A stretch of DNA of 64,000 nucleotides from an uncultured bacterium (lineage in GTDB: Bacteria > Krumholzibacteriota > Krumholzibacteriia > Krumholzibacteriales > Krumholzibacteriaceae). This document shows, in pieces, positions 43,119 through 53,207 of the stretch. The translations under genes and the position numbers were made by a program. The stretch's first letter is position 1. Each line of letters opens with the position of its first letter. The DNA lies in NCBI GenBank assembly GCA_963747385.1, contig CAVVEY010000022.1, positions 11,739 through 75,738 of the forward strand, read 5' to 3'. Under the pieces are notes generated by a model that had not been told where the DNA came from, ran no database searches, and worked only from the letters and a program-made list of their open reading frames with translations.

Positions 43119-44040
43119 TCACTCCCGCATGAGAGAGACGAATGTATCTTCGACGCCGGGGGGTATCTCCCGGCTGTGCGACACGACGCCGCCCCGCCTC
43201 ATCGTTTCGATGAGGGCGCCGACGTCGTCCCTGCTGCGCCCAAGCGCGAGCACCTGAACGGCGTCGCCGAGGATTCTCACGAGCTCGGGCTCGACCGCGC
43301 TCTTGAGCCGCGCCGCTATCGCTTGAAGGTTCGGTCCCTCGGCCGCGAACACCGTTCCCCGGAAGAGCGCCGTGATTTCGTCGACGCTTCCCGAGGCGAG
43401 GATCTTTCCCTTGTGAATGAACACCATGTGCCCGCAGAGCGAGGCCTCGTTCATATACGGCGTCGAGACGACGATCGTCACGCCCTGCGCGCGAAGCCTC
43501 TCGAGCATATCCCAGAAATCGCGGCGCGACACGGGATCGACTCCCGTCGTCGGCTCGTCGAGAACGAGAACCTTCGGCGTGTGTATGAGCGCGCATGCAA
43601 GGGCGAGCTTCTGCTTCATCCCGCCCGAGAGCGCCCCCGCGCGCCGCTTCACGAAAGGACCGAGCCGGCTGAAGTCGAGGAGCTCCACGGTCCTCGCGAC
43701 GCGCTCCTCTCTCGGAACACCGAAGAGATCCGCGAAGAATTTCATGTTTTCGGCGACGGTGAGATCCGAGTAGAGGGAGAAATGCTGCGGCATGTAGCCG
43801 ATCGCCTCGCGCACGCGCGCCGACCCGGAGCGCAGCGAGATACCGAGCACCCACGCCTCTCCCTCGTCGGCGATCGACGAGCGACGCGAGAATGCGCATG
43901 AGCGTCGTTTTGCCCGCGCCGTCGGGGCCGATGAGCCCGAACATCTCGCCGGGCTCCACGGCGAAGCTCACCGATGAGAGGGCGACCGTATCGCCGTAGC
44001 TTTTCTTGACGGCTTCGACCCGGATCGCGGGGTCGCTCAT
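43119..44040 (-). CDS. ABC transporter ATP-binding protein (two apparent +1 insertions near 43862-43875)
   Basis: GPDGAGKTT, LSGGMKQKL and DEPTTGVDP motifs. Confidence 0.88.
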
Positions 44041-44954
44041 TTGAAGTGCACCTCGGCGGGCATTCCGATCTTGAGCACGCCGGGGGGGCTCTCGATCGAG
44101 ACCTTCACCGCGTAGACGAGCTCCGCGCGCGCGTCCCTCGTCTCGACGTTCTTCGGCGTGAACTCCGCCTCGGGAGAGACCCACGAGACTACCCCCGCGA
44201 GAGGCTCCGCATGAGCGTCGACGCGCACCTCGGCGGCGCTCCCGAGGCTGAAGAGCCCGAGGTCTTTTTCGGATACGTAAATCTTGATCCAGAAGCGCCT
44301 CGTATCGGCGATCTTGAATATGGCGCCGCCGACCTGGACGAGCTCTCCGGGCTCGACGTACTTTTCCGTGACGACGCCCGCGAGCGGCGCCCTCACGGCG
44401 CCGTCCCCGATCTGCCTGTCGAGGAGCGCGATCGAGGCGCGCACCGTCGCCTCACGGGCGTCGAGCGTCGCCCCCTGCGCCTTCGCCGATTCGAGCTGGC
44501 TCTGCGCCACCCGGTATTTCGTGTGGGCGTCGTCGCGCTGCTGCTGCGTGGCCGTGCCCTGCTCGAAGAGCGCGTTTATCCGCCGGTAGCTCTTCTCGAT
44601 GTTCTCGTAATTATCCGCCGCCTGCCGCACCGTCTCGGCGACGGGCCTGCGGTTCGCCCGTATCTCGTCGACGCTCGCGAGGAGCTGCCGGCGCTGGAGC
44701 ATGAGCTTCTCGACGTCGATCGTCGCGAGCGTATCGCCGGCCGCGACGGCGTCCCCCTCGTCTTTCGGCAGCCGGAGAATCTGACCTGCCGTCTGCGCCG
44801 CCACCGTGACCTCGGTCGCCTCGAGCGTCCCCGAGCCCGCGAAACCGGCTTGTTTCTCCCCGCCGCACCCGGCGAGCGCGGCGAACAGAAGCGCCCCGCA
44901 CGCCATGCCCGGAAGCCGGATCGCGACGCGACGATGGATGCCTGCATTATTCAT
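44037..44954 (-). CDS. HlyD/YbhG-family periplasmic adaptor lipoprotein
   Basis: Lipobox LAG-C, SGTLEATEV, lipoyl halves around a coiled coil, and AEFTPKNVET...LKIGMPA. Confidence 0.92.
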   Translation of the reverse strand: MNNAGIHRRVAIRLPGMACGALLFAALAGCGGEKQAGFAGSGTLEATEVTVAAQTAGQILRLPKDEGDAVAAGDTLATIDVEKLMLQRRQLLASVDEIRANRRPVAETVRQAADNYENIEKSYRRINALFEQGTATQQQRDDAHTKYRVAQSQLESAKAQGATLDAREATVRASIALLDRQIGDGAVRAPLAGVVTEKYVEPGELVQVGGAIFKIADTRRFWIKIYVSEKDLGLFSLGSAAEVRVDAHAEPLAGVVSWVSPEAEFTPKNVETRDARAELVYAVKVSIESPPGVLKIGMPAEVHFK

Positions 44955-45639
44955 GAGCCTGCTCCTTCTCGGTCTTTGCCTTCGACGGGCTTCTGAGCTC
45001 TATGCCTATGCCGTATTGGGCGTATGTCGTGCCTCTGATCGCCGCGCCGTCGTTTTCCTTGAACACCATCCAGCCCACCTCCGGCCGCACGATCCACCTG
45101 CCGGACGCGCTCTTGATTCCCAGCCCGATATTGTATCCCATCGCAAAAAGATCGGGGGCGCGGATGAAGGTGTGGGCGCGCACCGCTCCGGTGATCTCGA
45201 ATCTCTCTCCGAGAGGGATCGTGCCGACGAATCCCGGCTGCATGCGAAGAGAAGAGAGATAGGAATCCCCCACGGTGATGGCCGTGGGCAGCGCGAAGGC
45301 CAGATAGTCCTTGATGATCCCGGCCCGCACGTCGACGGTTACCACCGCGGCCCCCCATCCTTCCGGCACGCTCGTGAATATCGATAACATCGCGGATGCA
45401 TCGATCCGCTTCGCGACCCCGGAGCGCAGGCACGTTTCGAACGCGTACCAGGATGCGTCGTCGTCGGCCACGCTCGCGATATGACTGCGCGAAAAGGCGA
45501 AGGTGGCCTGCGGCTGTCCCCGCTCCGCGATTCTGGCCGATTGAAAGGACGAATAGGTGAAGCACCCCGGCGCCCCAAGGAACGCAAGCGTCAGCAAGCA
45601 CGCCCGCGAAAACAGCATCCGAAAACGACGACCGCGCAT
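44947..45639 (-). CDS. Hypothetical exported protein (lipoprotein or small beta-barrel)
   Basis: Signal peptide with APG-C followed by amphipathic beta strands. Confidence 0.65.
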   Translation of the reverse strand: MRGRRFRMLFSRACLLTLAFLGAPGCFTYSSFQSARIAERGQPQATFAFSRSHIASVADDDASWYAFETCLRSGVAKRIDASAMLSIFTSVPEGWGAAVVTVDVRAGIIKDYLAFALPTAITVGDSYLSSLRMQPGFVGTIPLGERFEITGAVRAHTFIRAPDLFAMGYNIGLGIKSASGRWIVRPEVGWMVFKENDGAAIRGTTYAQYGIGIELRSPSKAKTEKEQAHE

Positions 45640-45677
45640 TGCACGCCACCTCGCGGGACTCTCTCTCGTCCCTTCCT

Positions 45678-47498
45678 CTACGGTCCATACCGCAGAATCG
45701 TGCCGAAATATCCGACGGCGAACACGTTCGAGGGACCGCTCCCCGCGATGCCGTACAGCGTCGTATACGATATGTAGGGAAAGCTGACCCAACTCGCCCC
45801 GTCGAAATGGTAGATTGTGCTGTACGAGAAACTGAAGAGGTCCTTCGGCCCGGACATCCATATATCGGACTGCGAGGATCCGATCGGATTCGGCACGCTT
45901 TCCCAAGATGAGCCGTCATAGTGGAGCAGAAAACCTCTCGATCCCATGGCATACACGTCGCTCGACGAGCTCCCTGTGACGCTGATCATATAGTCGTCGA
46001 ATCCGCCCGTGTCCATCGGGCTCCAGTCTGTTCCATTATAGTGGAGAATGGTGCCGCCGGCACCGACCGCAAAGACGTCGCTCGTCGACGATCCCCAGAC
46101 GCCGTACAGCTCCTCGGTCGTGCCGCTCTCCATCGTCGCGAGCGTCGCGCCGGAGATATGGACAATAATTCCGGAGCTGCTGACCGCGAACGCTTCGTTT
46201 CCGGAGGCCCAGACATCAGTCAGCCCGGCCCCAACGACTCCGTTGTCGCTTATGTCCGACCACGCGCCTCCGCTATAACGCAGCACCTTGCCTCCGTTGC
46301 CCACGGCGTAGAGATTGTCCCGGCTGCCCGCTATGCCGTTCAGATTGTGCGTGATGCCCGGCAGGCTCGCGTCGGTGACGGTCATGCCGTCGTATTCGAG
46401 AATCACGCCTTCGGCGCCGACCGCGACGGCCTCCTGCGGTCCGCCCGTCCAGACGTCCTGCAACGTGCGCCACGGGCCGCCGTTCTCGTTATTCCATGAG
46501 GCGCCGTCATACGTGACGACGGTTCCGCCGTCGCCTGCGACAAACAGCTTCGTCGCGCCGACCCAGAGGTCATGGATGTAGGGATAAATCCCGAGCGAGC
46601 CGATATTGATATCGGTCCATGATGAGCCGCCGTAGTGATAAACCTTGTCGTAGGTGGCGACGAAGATATCGGCGCCGCTCCTTCCGCGGATCGCCCGCAG
46701 GGTCTCGCTCGCCGGCAGACCCGTCGTGCTCATGGTGCCCCACGCCGTCCCGTTCCAGCGGCGTATCGTCATTCCGTCGCCGACGACGTAGACGTTGTTC
46801 GAAGCCGTGCCCCAGACCGAGTAGAACACGCTGTTCGTCAGGCCCGGCGGTGTTACGTCCGACCAGCTCGTTCCGTTATAATGCCAAACCGTCGCGAGGT
46901 TCGTGGACCCGCTCTGTCCGACCGCATAGATGTCGTCGGCGGCCGTCCCCCACATATCCTGGAAATAGTTGTACGACGGGAGCATTTCGCTGACCCAGCT
47001 CGCTCCGTTCCAATGCGAGAAGAAGTTCGATGTTGTGCCGCACCAGACGTTGTCCGGGTCGGCCCCCCACAGGCACGAGTAATAATAGCTGCCCGTATTG
47101 AACAAGGGGCTCCACGACGTTCCGTTATACTCATAGACTCCCCCGTCTCCCACCGCGTAGGCGCTCGTCGCCGAGTAGGCCCAAACGTCGCGGAATCCTC
47201 CGTTGAAGCCGGCGCTCGTCCGGGACCAGCTCGCTCCGTCGTACCGCCCGACGGCGCCCAGTTCCCCGACGACGAATACGTTGTTCTCGGAAGAGCCGTG
47301 CACCGCATAGTAGGCGTTCGACGCGAGCGGCGGCCAGACCCACTTCCACGAATAGAGCTGTCCGCACGATCCCGGAACCGGCACGAGAACGGTCTCCGTC
47401 GTCGTCTTCTCGCAGCTTGAGAAAACGGACGCGAAAAAAGCGATGGCGAGAAGAATCGCCGCCGCTGACGTGTGGCTCCTGCGAAGAATACGACGCAC
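45678..47498 (-). CDS. Beta-propeller repeat lipoprotein
   Basis: AGGAGG SD, GTG start and lipobox FSS-C; 14 repeats of about 40 aa resembling VWGxSxxDVFAVGxxGxILHYDGxSW. Confidence 0.82.
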   Translation of the reverse strand: MRRILRRSHTSAAAILLAIAFFASVFSSCEKTTTETVLVPVPGSCGQLYSWKWVWPPLASNAYYAVHGSSENNVFVVGELGAVGRYDGASWSRTSAGFNGGFRDVWAYSATSAYAVGDGGVYEYNGTSWSPLFNTGSYYYSCLWGADPDNVWCGTTSNFFSHWNGASWVSEMLPSYNYFQDMWGTAADDIYAVGQSGSTNLATVWHYNGTSWSDVTPPGLTNSVFYSVWGTASNNVYVVGDGMTIRRWNGTAWGTMSTTGLPASETLRAIRGRSGADIFVATYDKVYHYGGSSWTDINIGSLGIYPYIHDLWVGATKLFVAGDGGTVVTYDGASWNNENGGPWRTLQDVWTGGPQEAVAVGAEGVILEYDGMTVTDASLPGITHNLNGIAGSRDNLYAVGNGGKVLRYSGGAWSDISDNGVVGAGLTDVWASGNEAFAVSSSGIIVHISGATLATMESGTTEELYGVWGSSTSDVFAVGAGGTILHYNGTDWSPMDTGGFDDYMISVTGSSSSDVYAMGSRGFLLHYDGSSWESVPNPIGSSQSDIWMSGPKDLFSFSYSTIYHFDGASWVSFPYISYTTLYGIAGSGPSNVFAVGYFGTILRYGP

Positions 47499-47617
47499 GG
47501 GAGACCTCCTCCTGATGAAGGCTGATCTGAAATAGAATCGCACGGGAATTGTACAGGATGCGCCCGCCGGAAATCAACGTTTTCCACGGCGGCGGCCCAT
47601 GCTAGAATCGAAGGCAT

Positions 47618-49381
47618 ATGAGGAACAAGGACGTCGCCGGGCTCTTCAACGAAATCGCCGACATTCTCGAGCTCAAGGGCGAGAACGTGTTCCGCGTGAA
47701 CGCCTACCGGCGCGGCGCGCAGAATATCGAAGGCCTCTCGCGAGCGATCGAGGATATCGCCGCGGAGGGCTCGCTCCTCGAGCTTCCCGGAATCGGGAAG
47801 GACCTGGCCGCCAAGATCGCCGAATACCTCGAGAGCGGCGAGATCGATTATCTGAACGAGCTTCGCACGGAAACGCCCCAGGTGCTCCTCGCCATGCTCC
47901 GCATCCCCGGCGTCGGGCCGAAGACGGCCGTGCGCCTGCAGGCCGAGCTCGGGATCGAATCGCTCGATGAGCTGAAGCGCGCCGCGCTCGATCATCGAAT
48001 TCAAGAGCTCCCGAAGATGAAGGCGAAGACCGAGGAGAATATTCTCAAGGGGCTCGAGTTCCTGAGCCGCGCGAGCGCCCGCACGCCGATCGGCACGGCG
48101 CTTCCTCTCGCCGAGCGCTTCGTCGCGGAACTCGCCGAGCTCCCCGAGGTGAAGAAGATCTCCGTCGCGGGGAGCCTCCGCCGTTTTCGCGAGACGGTCG
48201 GCGACATAGACATCCTCGTGACGTCGCGCTCCCCCGAGAAGGTCATCGCGCATTTTACGCATCTCGACGACGCCGTGCGCATTCTCGCGGAAGGCTCGAC
48301 GAAGGGCAGCGTCGTCACGCGCGACGGGATCCAGGTCGACCTCCGCGTCGTCGAAGAGTCGTCGTACGGCTCGGCGCTCAACTATTTCACCGGCTCGAAG
48401 GAGCACAACATCCGGCTCCGCGAGATCGCCCTGCAACGCGGAATGAAACTCAGCGAGTACGGCGTGTTCAAGACCACGGGCGCCGCGAGGCGGAAGCGAA
48501 GGGCCGGAGAGAAGGCGCGGAAGGAGATTCGAGTCGCGGGCAAGACCGAGAAAGAGGTGTACCGCGCGCTCGGGCTCCCCTATATCCCGCCGGAGATCCG
48601 CGAGGACTCCGGAGAGATCGAAGCCGCGCGCGAGGGAACCCTCCCGACCCTCGTCGAGATCGAAGACATCAGGGGCGATCTTCATTGCCATTCGAGCTAT
48701 AGCGACGGCGCATCGCCTCTCGAGGAGGTCGCCGCCGCGGGAAAGAAAAGAGGCTACTCGTACATCCTCGTCACCGACCATTCGCGGAGTCTCCATATCG
48801 CGAACGGGCTCTCGCCGGAGCGTCTCCGCAAACAGCTCGCCGAGATCGATTCGATCAACGCGAGGCTCAGAGGCTTCAAGCTTCTCAAGGGGAGCGAGGT
48901 CGATATCCTCCCCGACGGCTCGCTCGACATGGACGAGGCTCTTCTCGCCCGCCTCGACGTCGTTTACGTCGCGATTCATTCGAAATTCAAGCTGGACCGA
49001 GCGGCGATGACGAAGCGCGTCATTCGCGCGATGGAGAATCCATACGCGAACGTTCTGGCGCATCCGACGGGGCGCCTCATCGGCGTCCGCGACGCGTTCG
49101 AGATCGACATGCGGGAGGTCATCCGCGCGGCCGCGCGAACGGGCACGGCGATCGAGATCAACGCCCATCCGGCGCGCCTCGACCTCGACGCGACTACATG
49201 CCGGGCCGCGGCGGCCGCGGGCGTCATGATAAGCATCGGAACGGATACGCACGTTCTCTCCGAGCTCGACTACATGCTCTACGGCGTCGGCACAGCCCGG
49301 CGCGGATGGCTCACGAAGTCGCACATCCTCAACACAAGGCCGGCGCGTGAGCTCCTTTCACTCCTGAGGAAGAAGCGCTAG
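47618..49381 (+). CDS. polX: DNA polymerase X / PHP 3'-5' exonuclease
   Basis: GSLRR, GDIDIL, VDLRVV and YFTGSKEHN; PHP motifs DLHCHS, TDHS, LAHPTGR and GTDTH. Confidence 0.95.
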   Translation: MRNKDVAGLFNEIADILELKGENVFRVNAYRRGAQNIEGLSRAIEDIAAEGSLLELPGIGKDLAAKIAEYLESGEIDYLNELRTETPQVLLAMLRIPGVGPKTAVRLQAELGIESLDELKRAALDHRIQELPKMKAKTEENILKGLEFLSRASARTPIGTALPLAERFVAELAELPEVKKISVAGSLRRFRETVGDIDILVTSRSPEKVIAHFTHLDDAVRILAEGSTKGSVVTRDGIQVDLRVVEESSYGSALNYFTGSKEHNIRLREIALQRGMKLSEYGVFKTTGAARRKRRAGEKARKEIRVAGKTEKEVYRALGLPYIPPEIREDSGEIEAAREGTLPTLVEIEDIRGDLHCHSSYSDGASPLEEVAAAGKKRGYSYILVTDHSRSLHIANGLSPERLRKQLAEIDSINARLRGFKLLKGSEVDILPDGSLDMDEALLARLDVVYVAIHSKFKLDRAAMTKRVIRAMENPYANVLAHPTGRLIGVRDAFEIDMREVIRAAARTGTAIEINAHPARLDLDATTCRAAAAAGVMISIGTDTHVLSELDYMLYGVGTARRGWLTKSHILNTRPARELLSLLRKKR

Positions 49382-49523
49382 CCTGCCAATGTGGCACCCC
49401 AAATGGCCGAACGTCGCGCCCCTGGCAGGTTTTGTCAGGGCTTACGGCTGCCGCGCGCTCGAGCGCTTTTCCACAGCGCTCGTATCGCATTATTATTCAA
49501 CTAGTTGCTAGCCGCGCCTCCCT

Positions 49524-49538
49524 TGGCACGCATCCTGC
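49524..49538 (+). promoter_or_regulatory. Sigma54 (-24/-12) promoter of hsp20
   Basis: TGGCACGCATCCTGC has GG and GC at canonical spacing, one mismatch from TGGCACG-N4-TTGC. Confidence 0.65.
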
Positions 49539-49608
49539 GATGTCTGTTTCGATGAAGACAGGCTATCTGAAAAGAGTCGTGAGACAATCAAAACAGGAGG
49601 TGTCCGAA

Positions 49609-50055
49609 GTGGCTATCGTAAGATGGAATCAGACAAGGGACCTGTTGGGGCTTCAGGACGAGATGAGCATGTTGCTGGGCGACTTCTTCGGCGTGGACAA
49701 GCGCGGCGAGGAAACCAATTTCGTTCGTTGGGCTCCGCGCGTCGACATCGTGGAGCAGGACGGCGGCTATGAGCTCGTCGCCGATCTTCCCGGCATGAAG
49801 AAGGAAGACATCAAGATCGAGATTCAGGACGACATGCTCACCCTGCGGGGAGAGAAGAAGATCGAAGGGGAAAAGAAGGAAGAGAGCTACCGGCTCTGCG
49901 AGCGCTACCACGGCGAGTTCGTCCGGACCTTCGCGCTCCCCGAGAACGTCGACCGGGACGGCATCGTCGCCGAGTTCAAGGACGGGGTGCTCAAGCTCGA
50001 GATCCCGAAGACCGAGAAGGCGAAGCCGAAACAGATCGAAGTGAAGGTCAAGTAG
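49609..50055 (+). CDS. Hsp20/alpha-crystallin small heat shock protein
   Basis: AGGAGG SD and GTG start; WAPRVDI, ADLPG, ERYHGEFVRTF and FKDGVLKLEIPK motifs. Confidence 0.95.
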   Translation: MAIVRWNQTRDLLGLQDEMSMLLGDFFGVDKRGEETNFVRWAPRVDIVEQDGGYELVADLPGMKKEDIKIEIQDDMLTLRGEKKIEGEKKEESYRLCERYHGEFVRTFALPENVDRDGIVAEFKDGVLKLEIPKTEKAKPKQIEVKVK

Positions 50056-50108
50056 ATCTCTGGCCTGCCTCCAGAGAGCCCGGCCGCTTGCAACCAGCGG
50101 CCAAAACG

Positions 50109-50138
50109 AAAGGCGCCCGAACGCGGGCGCCTTTTCTT
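50109..50138. terminator. Rho-independent terminator, possibly bidirectional
   Basis: AAAGGCGCCCG-aacg-CGGGCGCCTTTTCTT. Confidence 0.85.
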
Positions 50139-50211
50139 GCTATCCGCGCGCCGCCCCGCCGGCGGGCCGCGTCGTTTTTAACTATCTAATTCCCTTGCCG
50201 TCCGCGATCCG

Positions 50212-50661
50212 TCACCGCGATCCGACCGGCACCTCGGGCTTCTTCATCTGCTGATACTGCGGATTCTGCTGCGTCTGGGTCGACGGCTTCTGCTCGCTTC
50301 TTCCGTCGGGGCTCATCTTGCAATTGCCCTCGAAGAAGACGCCCTCGTCGATGACGAGACGCGTCGTTTTGATGTCGCCTTCCACGCGCGATCCGGCCTG
50401 GAGCTCGACCTTTTCCTTCGCGTCGATGTTGCCGACGATCGTGCCGCCCACGACCGCGCTCTTCACCTTGATCTCGGCCTTCACGCGGCCGTCCTTGCCG
50501 ATGACGAGCGTGTCCGGGACCTGGATCGTTCCCTCGAACTCGCCGTCGATGCGGAGCGTTCCCTCGCTGACGAGGATCGTTCCAGTGATCTTGCAGCCCT
50601 TGCCGATGATCGAATTCATCTTGCCCTCCCCTGGGAGCTGTTCGCCTTCTTTCCCGAACAT
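50212..50661 (-). CDS. Bactofilin (polymer-forming cytoskeletal protein)
   Basis: SIIGKGCKITG...LRIDGEFEG...LVIDEGVFFEGNCKM. Confidence 0.92.
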   Translation of the reverse strand: MFGKEGEQLPGEGKMNSIIGKGCKITGTILVSEGTLRIDGEFEGTIQVPDTLVIGKDGRVKAEIKVKSAVVGGTIVGNIDAKEKVELQAGSRVEGDIKTTRLVIDEGVFFEGNCKMSPDGRSEQKPSTQTQQNPQYQQMKKPEVPVGSR

Positions 50662-50708
50662 GACGTCCTCCTTCCTGCCCTCTTTCTTTCCTCCTATCAT
50701 ATTCCTCC

Positions 50709-51488
50709 CTATTCCAGCAGATATTTCAACGGGTCGACGGGGACGTTGTTCTGCGTTACCTGGAAATGCAGATGGGGCGCCGTGCTTCTCCCCGTATTCC
50801 CCGAATACGCTATCGTCTGTCCCTGCGCCACGCGCTCCCCCTTGGAAACTACCAGCATATCGGCATGCGCGTAAAGCGTTTTTATTCCGTAGCCGTGATC
50901 TATCTGTACGTAAGATCCGTACGAATCGTTCCATCCCGCCTCGATCACGTACCCCGACGCGGCCGCGCGCACCGGCGCCCCGCGGTCGACCGCGATGTCT
51001 ATGCCGCTGTGAAAAATCGTTTGTTTGTCTCCCTCCGCCCTGCTGTACCTTTTCGTGATGAACCCGCGCACGGGCCAGAAAGTCGGAATGGCGCGAAGCA
51101 TGGCGGCCTGCTCGCTCCGGAGCCCTTCCGGCATCGCCGTTTTCCCTCGCTCGGCCTGAAGTATCGCGGCGCTGTCGTCGGGCGTGACGACGAGCCCGAG
51201 CATCCGGCGCACCTGAAGATTCATCGATCGCAGTTGCGCGACGTTTCTCCGCAGCTCCACGATCTGCTCCTGCCGCTTCTGGATCTCCTCGAGCTGATGC
51301 TTGTACATGCGCCCCTCCTGCACCTTGAGAAGAAGCGCTCCGTAAGTCGCCGCGAACACGACCATGATCGCGAAGCCCGCGGCGAGAATGCCGACGATCG
51401 CGTAGAAAAGCGTGTACGGTATCCGCACCGTGCGCGTCTTCTTGAGATCGTGCGGAACGACGATTATCGAGAATTTTCCTTTATTCAT
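50709..51488 (-). CDS. M23 peptidoglycan endopeptidase with TM and coiled coil
   Basis: HSGIDI, TLYAH and GRSTAPHLHF motifs. Confidence 0.92.
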   Translation of the reverse strand: MNKGKFSIIVVPHDLKKTRTVRIPYTLFYAIVGILAAGFAIMVVFAATYGALLLKVQEGRMYKHQLEEIQKRQEQIVELRRNVAQLRSMNLQVRRMLGLVVTPDDSAAILQAERGKTAMPEGLRSEQAAMLRAIPTFWPVRGFITKRYSRAEGDKQTIFHSGIDIAVDRGAPVRAAASGYVIEAGWNDSYGSYVQIDHGYGIKTLYAHADMLVVSKGERVAQGQTIAYSGNTGRSTAPHLHFQVTQNNVPVDPLKYLLE

Positions 51489-51513
51489 GCGCGCGATCTG
51501 CCGCCGCCGGACT

Positions 51514-52371
51514 CTATCGCGGAAGCTTGATTCCCATTTTTTCGAGAACGCTCTCGAGCTCCTCGTCCGAGTAATATTCGATCCAGAGGATTCCGCCCTT
51601 GCTTCGCGGCGCGATCTTGGCCCTGGTGCCGAGGTGCGTTTCGATCGCCTCTTCGATCGCCTGGATCTGCGGGGATATCTTTCGCAGGCCCCGGCGCTTC
51701 TTCGTGCGGGCCTTGCCCGGAGCGATATGCTCGATTTCCCGCACGGTGAGGCTCTCGCTCACGATCTTTCTCGCCCATTCGATCTGCGCCGCTTCCCCCT
51801 CGATCGAGAGCAGCGCGCGCGCATGCCCCGCCGTGAGCTTGCCCTCGACGATGAGCGTCTTCACGATCTCGGGAAGATTGAGGAGCCTCAGGCTGTTCGC
51901 GACCGTGCTTCTGTTCTTGCCGATCATCCCGGCGATATCGCCGACCGTGAGCTGGAAACCGTCTTTGAGCGCCTGATAACCGCGAGCCTCTTCCATCGGG
52001 TTGAGATCCTCGCGCTGCAGATTCTCCATGAGGGCGTGCCTGAGCGAATCGGCGTCATCCACGTTCCGGACGATGGCCGGAATCGTCGCCCTGCCCGCAA
52101 GCTTCGACGCGCGGAGCCTCCGCTCCCCGAGGACGAGCTCGTAGCGGTTCCCCACGTGCCTGACCACGATCGGCTGAAGAACGCCGTTTTGCCTGATCGA
52201 TTCGGCGAGCTCCTTGAGGTGCTCGCCGTCGAAGTGCTCTCTCGGCTGATGAGGATTCGGGTCGATATGCTCGATGTCGAGATCCTTGACGCGCTCCGTC
52301 TCCGAGACGCTCTCCCTGAGATCCTGCGATATCAAAGCCTCGATCCCGCGCCCCAGCACTTTCTTCGTCAT
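51514..52371 (-). CDS. parB: Chromosome partitioning protein ParB
   Basis: [35 protein letters not shown] and an HTH. Confidence 0.96.
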   Translation of the reverse strand: MTKKVLGRGIEALISQDLRESVSETERVKDLDIEHIDPNPHQPREHFDGEHLKELAESIRQNGVLQPIVVRHVGNRYELVLGERRLRASKLAGRATIPAIVRNVDDADSLRHALMENLQREDLNPMEEARGYQALKDGFQLTVGDIAGMIGKNRSTVANSLRLLNLPEIVKTLIVEGKLTAGHARALLSIEGEAAQIEWARKIVSESLTVREIEHIAPGKARTKKRRGLRKISPQIQAIEEAIETHLGTRAKIAPRSKGGILWIEYYSDEELESVLEKMGIKLPR

Positions 52372-53207
52372 TTCGGCTCCCACCTTCCTTCGCTCGCCTT
52401 CCTGCTCGTCTCGATCAGCGGTGTGAGCCTCTCCCTGGGTTCGGCGCGGCTGTCCTGCCTGTCGATAAGCTCCTTTGCCAATTTGAGATAGCTCTTCGCC
52501 CCGACACTCTGAACGTCATAGAGCAGAACGGGGCGCCCGAAGGACGGGCACTCGCTGAGCCTGACGTTTCTCGGTATCGCGGTCTCGTAAACCTTTTCCC
52601 CGAAATAAGATATGGCTTCCTGAGCAACCTGGTTGGACAGGTTGAGCCTCTTGTCGAACATCGTGAGCAGGACCCCTTCGATCCGGAGATCGGGGTTCAG
52701 ATGCTTCTGCACCATGCGAATCGTGCTGAGGAGCTGGCTCAAGCCCTCGAGAGCGTAATACTCGCATTGAATGGGGATTAGCACGGAATCCGCGGCCGTC
52801 AGCGTATTGAGGGTCAGGAGCCCGAGACTCGGCGGCGAATCGATGAAGACAAAATCGTAATCGTCCGCAATTGTCGCGAGGGCCTCTTTCAGCTTGTACT
52901 CGCGCGCGATTTGCGAGACGAGCTCTATCTCGGCGCCGGTGAGCTTCGGCTGCGAGGGGATAAGATCGACGAGCTCGACCTTCCTGACCGCTTCTCTCGC
53001 GCTGATTCCGCCGAGAATCACCTCGTAGATCGTCAGCTCTCCCGGGCCGGCCCGCACGCCGAAACCGCTGCTCGCGTTCGCCTGCGGATCGATGTCGACG
53101 AGGAGAACTTTCTTCTCCGCGGCCCCGACGCTCGCCGCAAGGTTCACGGCCGTCGTCGTTTTCCCTACGCCGCCCTTCTGATTCGCTATCGCCACTATCT
53201 TGCCCAT
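52368..53207 (-). CDS. parA: Chromosome partitioning ATPase ParA/Soj
   Basis: [17 protein letters not shown] and QCEYYALEG motifs. Confidence 0.96.
   Translation of the reverse strand: MGKIVAIANQKGGVGKTTTAVNLAASVGAAEKKVLLVDIDPQANASSGFGVRAGPGELTIYEVILGGISAREAVRKVELVDLIPSQPKLTGAEIELVSQIAREYKLKEALATIADDYDFVFIDSPPSLGLLTLNTLTAADSVLIPIQCEYYALEGLSQLLSTIRMVQKHLNPDLRIEGVLLTMFDKRLNLSNQVAQEAISYFGEKVYETAIPRNVRLSECPSFGRPVLLYDVQSVGAKSYLKLAKELIDRQDSRAEPRERLTPLIETSRKASEGRWEPK

Noticed and set aside
49467-49475. TTTTCCACA DnaA-box match upstream of hsp20
   Set aside because: A single isolated 9-mer is not enough evidence without binding data.
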